Source: Geosiphon pyriformis uo1
Lineage: Eukaryota; Fungi; Glomeromycota
Length of the DNA: 64,000 bases
NCBI GenBank assembly: GCA_016748015.1
Contig: JAAOMT010000366.1
Span: 100,040 to 164,039, forward strand
Reading direction: 5' to 3'
Below the pieces are notes generated by a model. The model did not search any database and had not been told where the DNA came from. It worked only from the letters and a program-made list of their open reading frames with translations. Position numbers and translations under genes: made by a program. Positions 41,673 to 55,153 of the stretch are shown here, in pieces; within the stretch, counting starts at the first letter, position 1; every line of letters starts with the position of its first letter.

Positions 41673-43311
41673 CATTAATAATTAAATATTTTATTAATAT
41701 AATATTAAATAATAGTTTTTATATTAATATTATAATTCAATATTTTTTAAATATAATTAAAAAAAATATTAACAAATTATTAATAAAATCTATAACTAAT
41801 ATTTATAATAATAATAATAAAAATTTAAAAATTATTAAACCTGTATTTATTTAAATTAATAAAATATATATTAAAACTAATATAAAAATATTAAAAGCAA
41901 AAAATTATATCATAATTTTTGAAAATAAATAGTTAAAAAAACTAAGCTTTTTTTAATTATAAATTTTATAAACTTATAATTTACAGTAAAACTTAATTTA
42001 TAATAATTAAATATTAATATTAAATTGTAATTTTTGCAGTAATTTAATAATAACAACAATAATAATAACTTTAATAATTTCAAAAATTTTAAGAAAAAAA
42101 AAACTGAATTAATTAAATAATAATAAAAATTTTTTAAATAATATATAAACTAATAATAAAAAATTAATAGTTAATAAAAAACTTATTTATTAACAATATT
42201 ATATTATGTTTAAAAAAATATTTATATAACAACCAAAAAAAAACAAAATAAAATTATTAATAATATAATTTATGTATTTAATATTAATATAACTAATTTT
42301 TCTATTTTCCAAGTAATAAATACAAAATCTGTTTGTTTTTTTTTAAATTGTGAAAACTAATTAGTTTAATTTCCAATAAAAAAATCAAAACTGCACAAAA
42401 AACATTTAAAAAAAAGTATTTAAAGTTTAATTATTAGCAATTAAACAAAAAAACCCAGCAAAAATAATCAAAAATCTGTTAATTCAAAATAAATTAATAA
42501 TATCAAAAGAAAAATAATGTTTTAGTCAAACAAATCTCATCTAATATATAATTAAAACTCAAAATATTTAATTTATTTATTTAAAATTTTGTTAATTAAA
42601 CAAACAAAATAAATTAAATAAAAAAACTTAAATTTATACAAAAAATCAAAAGCAAGTAAGTATTTTTTATTGTAATAATATTTAAAAAAAAAACTTTACA
42701 ATTTTGTATTGATTATTATTAGCTAAACATAATTACTAAATAAAACATATATTTATTTTTAAAAGTTAACAATACTATTAATTACTTAGAAATTTAACTT
42801 ATTTATTAATAAATAATTTAACTTTTAGATTTTAACAAATAAAAATAAATTCTGCAAAAAAACTGTTTTTATTACAAAATATAGAGCTTATAAGTTTATA
42901 ATAATACTTTTTAAATTAATAAATATTCCATTTATTTTATAAAATTAATAAATAAAATATTTAAATTAGAACATTAAAAGTTTGTTTTTGTTTATCTTAA
43001 TAATATAATAATATATTTAAATACTTAAAATAAATATTTAAAAAAATACCAAATTAAAAATCAATCTTATTAAATTATTTTTTAGACAACAATCTACTCA
43101 GTTTTTAAGTTATCTTATAATAAAAAATAAATTTTTTTTAGATTTGACCAAAGTAAATAAAGTGCAAAAACTTGGACAATTAATAAATGTTTTCAAATTA
43201 CAATCTTTTTTTAAATAATTTCTTATTATGTAAAATTTATCAAAAATTTTTCTATAATTACACATTTATTTAATTAATTTTTATGAAAAAATATTAATTA
43301 TTATTAAAATA
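41673..43311 (+). mobile_element. Ty3/Gypsy pol relic: aspartic protease + RT
   Basis: TTA AAT AAT AGT = L(D)(S)(G) at 41705; FCIDYY*LN at 42702; FVFVYLNNIIIY (YLDD) at 42993; QFLSY; LQSF..ISYYVKFIKNFSIIT. Confidence 0.8.
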
Positions 43312-43469
43312 ACTAAAAATTTCTTTCTTTCCTCCTTTCCAAACATCCTCAAAAAGTATTTTTTCGAAAAAAAAGTTTTTTTATTTTATTTTTTTTGTTA
43401 TTTTTTGCAAACATTTCTCAATCAAATAATCCTTTTGTAGTGAACCTGACTGCTGCTTTAGGAAGTGCT

Positions 43470-45306
43470 ATGTTCAAGAAAAAAGCACTTATAGGGGTTT
43501 TTTATGATTCTGTTGGGGGTTTGTTTTCCCAAAAAAAGAGGGTTTTTGTATTCTGGAGATGAAAAAGATATCTCTTTGGTCAAATCTGTTACTAGTAGTA
43601 GTGTGTATTTAGATATGGACAGTGTATGCAGTAATAGTGGAAATAATAATATTTTTTTAGGTGTTAACAATGACTCTCTTTTTGGTTCAGTGGCAAACAC
43701 TCTAAAAGCTAGAAGAGTTAATACTAGTCTAATTAGTGGCTCTCCTTTTGGCTCGATCAATTATGACATAAATAAAAATGATGGGTCTTTCCCTTTTTCT
43801 CTTAAAATTTCTTTTGATAGAAAGTGAATTGACTCAAAGATTATAAAAACTCAGGTCGAAGTGTCTATCAAAAAGTCTTTTGTTCTTAACATCAATTTTA
43901 GTGCTGTGGAAGAAAAATCAGCAATGGCCAAGACTCAACTCATCAGAAAAATTTTTTTATTAGTTAATGGTTTTGAGGAGGCCACTACCTTCTCAAAATT
44001 TTAAGGGATCATCTGATCTACATTTATTTTAGAAAAGAGCATAAAAAAGGCCATATTATTGGCCAAAAAGAATGCAATCATCATAAACAACAATCTCAAA
44101 AAACAAGAAATTTGTTTAAATTAAACTGTGGTAATTAAGAAAATTCCCATAAACATGCCAAGGAATATGATTGTTGCAGTAGTGTCTGCATTTGGAGAAA
44201 TTCAAAATTCAGCTGATTGAAATATGGCAGAAGGCTGTGGTAGAATTTGCTGAATCTGGACAAGCAGAGCAATTAGCTTTAAGATGGTTGTTTCTCATTG
44301 AAAAAGACTCAGTGTGTGTAGCTATGACCATGGAAGATTGCAAAATTTGGGCATCAAGGAATCATTTCAGGGTGCTTTTGTTTACTTTCCCAATGAGAAC
44401 AACAGCACATAATCTTGGAAATCTCTTAAAAGAGGTTGGTAGGAGAACTTGTATTATTAGTCGATCTTTGGAAACTGGAAATAGGTTCTATTGTGCTGTG
44501 ATTTGTTTTGAATCTAATAAAGATTGGAGTCAGTATTCTGTACAGAGCCAATCTTTGGTAGTGTTAGGCTTTTTTGAGCAAGGATAGATTTGGTTAGATG
44601 TGAAAGGTGTGAGAAGTTTGGACATTCTGCTTTGGAGTATAATATATTGACTGTATCTACTCCTAAGTCTTCAAACACATTTAAAAAGAGAGTTGCTTTA
44701 GATGAATGGTGTCTTTAATTAGCTAATTTATATGCTAAAAAGAGTGTCCCTATTTTCTAATCTGTTGCCTTCAGTGGCAAATTCTGAGTGCAGATGATCA
44801 CACTTGCTTCTTCTTTTAGTTGCTCTTATCTTGGTAGTGGTCTTGGTCTTGGCTCTTCTTTTTCTGACACTTTAGATCTGAGTAATGATTCTCCTTCTGT
44901 CTTATTTTCTGGCTTCTCTTTAGACACCCAGTTGGCTTCTTTGAAATACTTCTTAGAGCTCTTGGCAGATCAAGTTTCTAGTTTGATGCATAAACTCCAT
45001 GGTGTAAATTTGGTGTTTCTGACTTCTCTTTCTTTTTCTCATATTGTGGATAATTCTGCATCAAATGGCTCAGTCTTAAAAACAAACATGGTTTTAGATA
45101 ATCTTGTGCTGGAGGTTTTGTTTTCTTCTTCTGTTATCTCTGACATCTCAGTCTTTGGTTCAAGTAGTTCAAAAGTTTTGACTACAAAAGTGGGCTGCTT
45201 AGAATTTAAATTGGTGGTTTTTGATGTCTCTGTTGGTTCAATTCTAATGAAGTTAAATCAATTGTGTGTTGGTTTGGGTTTTCAGGAACTTTTTTCTTTC
45301 CAATAA
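43470..45306 (+). pseudogene. LINE ORF1 (RRM-like segment + CCHC knuckle)
   Basis: MFKKKA.., VVIKKIP..WQKAVVEFAE, RCERCEKFGHSALE(Y); multiple stops. Confidence 0.8.
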
Positions 45307-48300
45307 GTAGTTTAGTTTGAAAAGTGGCTACATATAATGTTCATGGTGTTAACATTCCTGCCAAGCAGATAAATGTTGTACATTGGCATAAGGAATCTGG
45401 GAATATGATCTCATTTATTATAGAAACCAAGTTAAAACTTAACATTAGACCTTGGATCATGAATAAGTTTGAGGGAGTACGTGTCTTCTCATTTAGTCTG
45501 GATAAAAGATTTTATGATGTTGGAATAGCTATTATCATGGACAATTCTTTGGCTTATCATGTATCTAAGATTGAGGACATTTCTGATTGGGCTATTTCAG
45601 TGTGGCTTCTCTTTAAGGGCAAGCTTTTGGTTGCAATTTTGGGCTTGTATGCTGGTGCTTCTGCTGCTAATAAGTTTAATCAGACTTTGGAAATCAACTT
45701 TTTTATTGCTAAGACTGTTAATTCCAGCACATTCATGGTTCTTGGTGAGGATTTCAATAAGAATGATTCTGGGAAGAGTGCAAACTTCAAGTTTTGCTCA
45801 GATTTTGGTTTGGTTAATTTATTTGCTGGGCATCTACTCATTAATACTTCTATCTAGAGCAATTCAAAGGGTGTTAAAAGGGTTATTGATTTTATTTTTG
45901 TGAGTGAAAGTTTGTTTTCTGCAGTGGCTGGTTATTAGGTTAAATCTGTTTCTAATTTCTTCAATACTAATTACAATGCTGTTTTGGTCTCAATTGGCTT
46001 GGGCAGTCTACTGAATACTAGCCTTAATAGTAAATGTAAGCAAGCTAATAGAGATAGGTAGAAATTTAAAATTAAGGATGTTAGTGTTGAGAAGTGATCA
46101 CATTTCAGGAAGTGCTTACTGAACAGATTTTTGATTAAATCTGTTAAGTTCGACAGTGCAAAGGTTGGTGAAGATTTAGATACTATGTGGACAATTCTTA
46201 AGAATGTGGTAATAAGGGCTGCTAATAAGGTGTTTTTTAGATACTGGTTTAGTGAATTTGATTGCTTGAGAAATAAACATTCATCAAAATTTTTCAGACT
46301 GAAATTGTTGGTAGTTAAGCTGGTAAAGTGTTTGAGATCATCTGAAAGTTCTGAGACTGATTGCTTAATCAAGATTTGGTTTAGTGTTGATAAGAAAGAG
46401 GCTTCTATTTTGCATAACATAATTGACAATAATGCGAATTTGGACTCTATTTTATGTCATTTGTCAAATATTAAAAAAAGATACCACAGATCCAAATACT
46501 TTGAGTTTAGAGTTGCAAGAGATGTTCTTATTAGAAAGCCGATTAAAAAACAGATGGAAAACTTTTGTTCTAGTAAGAAGCAAATGATCAAAAGTGTTTT
46601 GGGGCGTCTATTTTATAAAATAATGCTTGACCATTTAATTGTAAATAATAATTTAATACTGTTGTCTAATAAAGTTAAGTCTATAGTTGATGATATTATG
46701 GAAAGATGAACAAAAAAGTGTGCTATCCCCAAATTTGTACCTACTCAATGGTCTAGTCAGTATGCTTTTTTGGATTATGTTAATGACAATGCTTTTGGTA
46801 ATGTTATGAATCATATCAGTTCTGATGAGTTTCTTTGGATGATCAAAAATTTGCCTGATGAAAAAGCTGCTGGTCTTTCTGGCATTCCTAATAAGCTTTG
46901 AAAACATGGTAATAAACTAGTTTTGAGTGGTTTACTAAATATTATCAATGCTTGTTTGGTTTTTGGTGCTGTATTTACACAATGAAAGTGAGCTTGGGTC
47001 TCTATGATACCAAAACCATATGATTGGGAGATGACTCTTACCAATACCAGACCAATTGTTTTAATTGAAACAGTCCAGAAGATACTCTTCAAAATTTTAT
47101 CTGACAGAATTTCTTTGGCATGCAGTAAGTTTAATGTGTTATATGATAATAACTTCCTAATCTTGAAAAGAACATCTACTCAAACTCCAATTTTTGCTGT
47201 CAGTTCAATTGTTGAAAACATGCTGGAAAAAGATAAAGAGCTGTGGCTGGTTCTTTAGGATATGTAAAAAGCTTATAACTTTGTCAGATGGTTTTACATG
47301 TTGAACAGTTTGACCAGGATTAAGATGTATTCCCATTTTATTATGTTTTTTGGTAATATACACAATGGCTGTACCAATCAGATTATAATAGATTTTAGAC
47401 TAATGTAAGATTATACTGTTTATAATGGTCTTGATCAGAGGGAAGTCTTTTCATCATTGTTGTGAAGAATTTTTTATGATCCTTTGTTCTGTGAAGTTAA
47501 AAAACATGAAAAATTATATGAATACAGATTGAACTCAAAGTTCTTTATTAAATTTGGCAAATAGAATTCTAAGAATGGGCTGACTTCATTTCTGGCAGCT
47601 GGGGTCTTTGTAGATGACATTATTTGGATTGATAATAGCAGAGCTGCTACTCAGAATATTCTGAATATAGATAACGAGTTTTTTTAGGTTAATAATATTT
47701 TAATTAACACAAATAAAATGGTAGTCATACTAATAAATCAGAGAATAGAGTGTCTTCAGCTACAAATTAGTGGTTTTAATATTTTAATTGCTAAGAAGAA
47801 TAAATCTTACAGATATTTGGACATTTTTTTGTCTATGAATAGTCTTTCCAAATCCAGTCTGAGCAAGACCCATTCGGATATTAGGTTTTTTATGAATATG
47901 GTTTTGAAAAAAGCTGTTTTGAACAAACAATTTTTGTATTTAGTGTTTGCAGTACTTTAGCCCATAGTTTGTTATAGGATTCAGTTCATTTATGTGTTGC
48001 CAGGTGTGTATAAAAAATAAAACAGGTTGTTAAGGAAAAGTTTGAAGCTCAAAGCTAACTTATCCAGAGATTTTTCTAATGAGGCTTTATATCATCTTGA
48101 GTTCTATAGTTTAAAGTCATTTGGTCAATTGCAGGTAGAATACTTGCTAGCTAATTTGGTTAATTTTGCCAACTCAAAAGGTGTTCTCAGCAGACTGTTT
48201 GAACACAAGGTCATGAATCTACAGACTGTTAGTTGGATGTTTTGACAACTCCTTAGTTTTTTGGTCAAATTGTTAATTGATCCTATCAACTGCTTTTTGG

Positions 48301-49991
48301 CTGGTGTAACCAACATATTGATGTTATGCAAATCTTCCTTAATTAATAATGTTCCCAATGTTTTTTGATTTGGTATCAGTGTTCCTATTGCAGAGATATT
48401 AAGTGTCAAAGATTACTTGAATGTAATTAAGTCACTACAAAAATTTGGCATTGTTTTTGCAAACCAACTTCTGAATCATTGTGGTGTGTGCTTCAAGTAG
48501 TGCACATTTTGTAGATAGAAAAAACTGGATTCCAGGGGCCACATTTCTGATTGGTTTGTCTCTACATTTATGTTTATTGAAAATGGTGGTTTGGTTGATA
48601 GTAGTGCTGTGGATTGTCATTCTGCTCTGAGTGAATTTTTGTATGATTTTGGGTTTGTTAATGATTATTTTGTGCAGTCTGAATCTGGTATTATAGATAT
48701 TTATACTGATAACTCAGTCAAAGGTTTGGGGTCTGTGGGTGCTTGTGGTGGTGCCACTGCTTACTTCTTGTGCATCAATCTAAGTATAAGTGTTAGGGTG
48801 TATGGTCTACTGTTTTTAATTCTTGCAGAACTGCAGGCTATTGCTCTTGCTTTGAACTGCATTCCTGCTTTGAGCTTTGTAATTTTACACACAGATAGCC
48901 AGGCCTTTTTGGATATGTGTGCTTTTTTGAACTGTTCTGTTGACTCCAACTTTCACAAAAAGTGCTGGATTGAGAAAGAACATATCTGTTTTACTGTCAC
49001 TTCTAAGAATCTGTCAGTTTCTTGGGTCAAAGTCAAGAGTCACTCTAAGATTGTTAGTAATGTGTGTGCTGACTTTTTTGCAGATGCTGCCACTGATTCA
49101 AAATTTGTGCTGCCTATTAGTGTAATGCATCATTTTTTTGCTGTTAAAGACAGGTTTGTCTCTGGTAACGCTCATTGCTTTGTAAAGCATCTGTTCAATA
49201 CTGTTAATTTTGTTAGATGGGAATCTAGGTGTGCAAATGATGCTGTGGATTTTAATTTCAATGTGTGTTTTGATATACATTAAACATTCCAAGTTTGGCA
49301 TCCAGATGGTAGTATTTATTCAGGTTTTTCTAGTTTTGTTTCTGCAATGCTTAAGTTTTACTTTATAAAAGCCCTACATTGTCAGCTGCTTACTACAAAA
49401 AAGAAAAAATTGTACAAGTTAAGTTATCTTAGTATTTTGTGCATCTACTGCAGTCTAACTGATGATTCCAATCATGCGTTTTTGTGTAAAAAGAACTCTA
49501 ATGCCAAGAAGGAGTTGATTTCTGATATAATCTGTGCTTAGACTGACATACTGGGTGTTAGCTATGCTGGATGTGCAGTAGTTTAATTTCTGTATGCAGC
49601 TGAGTCATCCAATTGCTTGTATATGGCTTTAATCAAGAGTTTTGTAATAAAAAATTGGGTGGTTGACACAATAAATATGTTGGGTCTTGGGTCTGATAGG
49701 AGATTGTTGATCATTAAAATGGTCCATAACTTTGCTAAAGACCACAGATCTGCTATCTGAATACTGAATGCCAAGCTGAGAGTGTATTATGAGAAACACA
49801 GTTTTTTGCCAAGTAATAAATCTGTAGTGCCAGCCATTTCTGAATTGGCTTTTTGGTAGTTTTGTAGAAAAATTTGTGATTTTGGTATTAGATTAAATGT
49901 TTATGTGTGTTTTGGCTTACATCCCAGGTTGGCAAGCATGTATTTTGGTTTTTTGTATGACTTTTCTGTAATAGATAGTTTAAGTATGTAG
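45303..49991 (+). pseudogene. LINE ORF2: APE endonuclease - RT - RNase H - CCHC
   Basis: ATYNVHG, ETKL, LGEDFN; IPKPYDWE, RPIVLIET, L*DM*KAY, GLDQREV, FVDD (47607), YRYLDI; IYTDNS, AELQAI, HTDSQ, VKVKSH; CIYC..H.F.C. Confidence 0.92.
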
Positions 49992-50121
49992 TATTGTTTT
50001 AATTAGTCCAAATAGCTAATTATGTTTAAAAAAAGCATAAATCATGCTTAATTTAGAATCCTGTTTGGTCTTATGTATTTAAGTAGTAGTTGGACTGCAC
50101 TCATAAATTGAATAAAAAAAA

Positions 50122-50520
50122 ATTATTAAAATATTTTTTAGTAAAAAGCATTTAAAACTTTAAAAAAAAACTAATTATTAAACTTATTTTAAAAAAACTT
50201 AATTTTAATAAACTATTTATTTTTTATATTAATGTTTTTAATTTTTTTTGGTTTTATCTTATTTTAAAAAGATAAAAAAAACATATTATAATTTATAGTA
50301 ATAAAATTTTATAATAAACAAAAAAACCATATAATTATTAAAAAAAATACTTAATAGTAGTATAATTTATTAATTATTGAAATAAATATTTTATGAAAAA
50401 AAAATTTGATGTTTATACTAATTACTAAGTTTTAGTCTAAATAAAAACAAAAAAAATTTGAATCACAAAAGACTTTTTTATTAAATTATATATTAATTAT
50501 TTTTTATTTAATAAATTATA
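50122..50520 (+). mobile_element. Continuation of the Gypsy pol relic (connection + RNase H)
   Basis: Y*NIF**KAFKTLKKKL (W...QQEAFETLKEKL), NFNKLFIFYINVF (DFDKPFILYTDAS), KFDVYTNY*VL (VYTDHQAL). Confidence 0.75.
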
Positions 50521-50828
50521 AAACAAGCAAATATTTTTTAAGTTAATTTTAGCAATACAAATTAAGAAAAAAAATAAAATAGTTAATTATATAATAATAT
50601 ATTTAATAATTAATAAAAACTTTGATTTTTAACCATAATATTTTTTTTAAAAAGATTAAACTTTAGCAAAATTAAATTATTTATAAGATATTTTAATTTC
50701 AAAGTATTATTAAACTTAAAGCTAATTAATTTGATAAAATTTTTTGTTAATAAAATATATAAAATTTAAGATAAAATAAATTCTGTATTCAAAAAATCAA
50801 ATTTTTATATAAAAGTTTCAGTTTTTTT

Positions 50829-52135
50829 TTTATATTCAGTTTAACAAGTACAGTCCAATCACTATTTAGTATATAGAGTCAAGACTATGGACCCCAGCTA
50901 GATATAATTAATGCGTTTACTATATGTGACTAGTCACTTAGACTAACTAAAGCAATACTATACATTTATATAAACAGAGATCATATTATCTAAACTGGAA
51001 AAAAACAAATAAGACTTACAAAAACCAAAACTGATTCCAAAAAAATCATCAATACCAATCAACCTAACTGTACCATCTGATAAATTTTGTACTGAATCAT
51101 AATGCACTACTGGCAACACTTCTGAATCACCAACCAAATTGTTCTTTTTTATATTAACTCTAAACCTAAATCTAAACCTTCACAACTCAGAATGGTAATG
51201 TACACCTATGTTTTATGCAAAATCAACTATAATCTATGTAGCCTCTTTGCAATCTTCAAATATCTACATAGTTTCCTTAAACCATCTTATCAGCATAAAG
51301 CTTTTACAAAAAAGAGCATATAAGTCAACATTAAATACACACAAAAAAAGAGATTCCAAGACCATGGAAGGAGTCAAAAAACAAGAACCAGCCAAAAACC
51401 TCCAAACTGATATACACCCAAACAAAATTTCCTTATGGGAGACAGATTATTTGCTGCAAGTAAACACATAATCAGAGAATTCAACTTCACCACAATGTAA
51501 ACACAAAACACTAGGATAGCTTTTGTTATAAAGTCTTTTTCTAACTGCAACAAGCAGTCTGTCATACACAGTTTTCATAAAATAGAAATGCAAACCAGTC
51601 AAAATTTTACATGTAGATCTAGACAACATACCCAAATTTGGATGCAACCACCCAGAACCTTAGAACCAAGACCAATTTCCCAGTATGTACAATTCACAGA
51701 TCTAAAAATGTCTTGAACAAAGTGCTGAACATTACCAAAAATTAGCATGCCATTGGCCATCAAAAAACATTTACACATGTTAGTTGGCAATAGCAAAAAG
51801 AAATGAACAGAAGTGCTTGTCAATACATCTGCACAAACATTACCCAACACACTAGAGTGTCCTTTGATCTTTGACCAAATTATAGAAATGTTCTTATAAA
51901 CAATCAAATTTGCAATATGTCTCCTTTTCATTTAACAACAATTACAAAAATCAGGGCCACTTATTTTCAACTCTAAAACATATGTATCTAAAGCAGCTTA
52001 ACTGTCCAAACACACTTTTACTGAACAAAAAGAAGGTACATATTCTAGTACTAAGACAATAGCCTGCAATTTAACCATTATAGATGATAAAAAACCCACA
52101 ATTTTAATTCCAATGTCTAATTCAATCTCAGGAAA
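50829..52135 (-). mobile_element. 5'-truncated LINE-A (RNase H C-terminal half, CCHC, 3' UTR) with TSD
   Basis: WSKIKGHSSVLGNVCAD, CLHCGEVEFSD; TSD TTTCAGTTTTTTT at 50816-50828 and 52136-52148 (merges with the tail). Confidence 0.88.
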
Positions 52136-52148
52136 TTTCAGTTTTTTT

Positions 52149-54350
52149 GATATTTAATTATATAATATTTAAAAATTTTATTTGTATTTTTAATATTATT
52201 TTTTTTAAAAGTTTTGTTTTTTATAATTTTATTATATTAATTATAAAACTTTAATTGTTTTTTATATAAAAAAATTTTGTTTATAAACCAAATTTTTTAA
52301 TTATTTTTTCAAATATATTAAAAAATAATAAATAAGAATATAGACTTTTTTTTTATTTTATAATTATAATTAAAACAAAAAGTAAAAAAGTTTAAAATAT
52401 TTTTTTTTATAATAACTAATAAAATTTTAACAAAAAAAATTTTTATTATTAAAGCAACTAAATAAAATATTTTGAAAATATTTTTTTTAAATATTAATAG
52501 TAAAAAGTTGTTTTTAATAGTTTTTAAAATATTTTTTTTTCTTTTATTTAATAATTTTTTTTAATAAAAGTTTTTTCCAAAAGATATACTTAGATTACTT
52601 TTAATGTTGTTTTTACTTTCTTTAAAAGTCTCAAAGTTTTTAATAATAGATTAATAAACAAGCTAATTTTTTTTATTCTTATTATTAATACTATTATTAT
52701 TACTTTACAAATAACCAAAAAGATTTAAGACTTAAAAAAATAGCAGCAGTTATTTATATTTGCTATTATTATATTAAATTTTTTGGTAATTTTAAATAAG
52801 ATCTTAAATAAAATTTTTTTAGCAACAATAAACTTTTTTTCTAATATAAGTAATAATAATAACAATATATTTTTAAAATAAACCAAAATTAATTAATAAT
52901 TATATTATTAAATATAATATTTTTAGCAAATTATTGCTAGTCTTAAAAACAATTTCCAGTTATTAAAAATTTTTTGAATAAAAAGTTTTTATTTTAGTGT
53001 TTGGTTTTATTTTTAAGACTAAATTGGTTTTTATTAATTTTTTGTTTTATTTGTTGTTTTATTTGGTTAAGCTTAAATTAGTTTCAAAAAATAATATTAA
53101 ATTGTTTTATGTAAATTTTGTTTTTAAAACTTCTTTAATTATAGTTGTTAAAATTTTTATTAATGGTTTTTTTTTCTTAACTATGTTTAAGATTACAAAA
53201 TTTTTTGTAATAATTTTTAGTTTTTTTTTTATTTCTGTTGTATTTTATAATTTTTTTGGTATATTCTTTAATAATATTAAAAATACTCTTAATATATTTT
53301 GTATTATTACTTTAATTAATTAAAATCTATTGACTTATAATAATATATTATTGTAAATTTTAAGAATTCTTTTTTGCTGCTGCTGTTTTTGATAACTAAA
53401 CTATACTAATAAAAAAACAGTATTTAGATTTTTTTTTAATAAAAAAAAATTATTATTTTATATAATATTTTTAAAACCAAATTGGTCAATTTTTTTTCAA
53501 TTATATTGCTTTTAAAATTAGTAATATGATTTTTTAGTTGGTAATTATATTTGTTATATTTTTTATTTTCTGATTTTTATTATCATTAATATTTTGTTAT
53601 TATAATATTTAATTTTTGTAAATTTTTGAATCTTATTATTATAAAATTTAGTACTTTATATAAGTATTGTATTTGGTAAAAAATTTTTAAATGTTATTTT
53701 TATTACAAATATTAAAGTTAAAATTATTTATTTGTTAATTATAAGATATTATTGCCTTTTTTTTCAGATTATTTATTAAATTTTTTGTATTAACTTTAAT
53801 TGATAAAAAGTTTTATGCTAAGGCTTTTGTTCTTTTAACTCTTTTTTTATTGTTTTTTTGGTTGTATCTGCTGTTAATTTTGCTTTTAAATTTAAATTGG
53901 ATTTTTTGAAATCTTAGATTTTAAGTTTAACTACTTTAATTAAATTTGTTATAAAGCTTATTAGTTTTTTAATTACTTTGGTTACTATTTTTTTAATAAT
54001 TCTTTTTATTTTGTATAAAGAGCTTAAAAGTTTAATTTGTGTTGTTTAGGATAAAATGTTGTTATTTAAATAGAAAAATTAATTAAAAATTTATTGAAAA
54101 AACATAATTAATATGTAATAATACAAAATAATACAAAATAATCTGAAATAATATATAATAACATAAAATAATACAAAAAAATTAACAATAATATAAGATA
54201 ATTAGTTATAACATAAAGAAATAAAACAATAATTATTTTAATAAATAATAGTTAATAATAATAAACAAGTAAAAACAATTTTATAAAATTACAAAATATA
54301 TATAAAAATAAATAATTTAAGCAAACAAAAAAAAACAAAATAGAATTTAC
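52149..54350 (-). mobile_element. Probable Gypsy gag/LTR relic, saturated
   Basis: Weak gag-like decode near 52620-52810 and a possible LTR end TAAATAACA (TGGGTAACA with G>A) at ~54061; mostly undecipherable. Confidence 0.3.
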
Positions 54351-55153
54351 TTTAGTTCTTAATACTATTTTTAAACTTATTTTTATTAAATCTTTTTATA
54401 TTTTTTTTTGATTAAATAAAATATTATTATTTTTTTTAAAATTTGTTATTAAAAATTGATTTTTAATTAAATTATTTATCTTTATTTTAAGTCAAATATA
54501 ATTAACATAAACATTTTTAGAACTTTAATAACTTAAATTAATTGTGTATAATTATAATAATTGATAAGATACTAATTTTTTTTTTTTATTTTATTTTTTT
54601 TAAGAAATAATATTGAAAATTAATTGTTTTAAAATTAAAATTTGTAATAACCTGATAAAAAAAAAGCTTTTTTTAGTTTTAAAATATATTAATTTTATTT
54701 TATTAATTTATTAAAAAGACAAAAAAATATTTCTAAATTTTAGTAATTGTAATCAATTAGTACAAAATAAAACAATATTTTTGTGTTTTATAACTAAAAA
54801 ACTTAATAAATAAAATTAAACTTTTAAAGATTAATTAAATAATTTATTTAAAAATAAATATAACTATCAGATCTTTAAGTTTTTATTTTTTCTTTAAAAA
54901 TAGCTCTTTTTTTTCAAATTATAAATATTAAATATTATAATTATATATATTAAGTTTACTTATAACAATATTTATTTTTAATAAAACTATAAATCAGTTT
55001 TTTATAAATGTAGTATATAAATTTTTTTTTTTATTGCTTTACGAGTGAGACCCAAACACCACTTAATACAATACATCATACAAATGACCTAAACTAGGCC
55101 CAAATTATGCTTTTTCTACATGTAACCAGCCACTTAGACTGATCAAGACATTA

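Larger units (their letters stand above)
43312..50121 (+). mobile_element. Full-length (~6.8 kb) LINE, family A, inactivated; 12-bp TSD
   Basis: TSD ATTATTAAAATA at 43300-43311 and 50122-50133; pyrimidine-rich 5' UTR; ORF1, ORF2, 3' UTR, AATAAA fused to the A tail. Confidence 0.93.

Noticed and set aside
15012-53323. F/I/K/L/N-rich ORFs in AT deserts (e.g. 19582, 23463, 31942, 37733, 52997)
   Set aside because: Compositional artefacts of eroded DNA.
55022-55153. tRNA-derived head or hammerhead/HDV ribozyme in the 3'-UTR module
   Set aside because: CCGAGTGG resembles a tRNA A-box, but no B-box or cloverleaf is present and no CUGANGA/GAAA core is visible.
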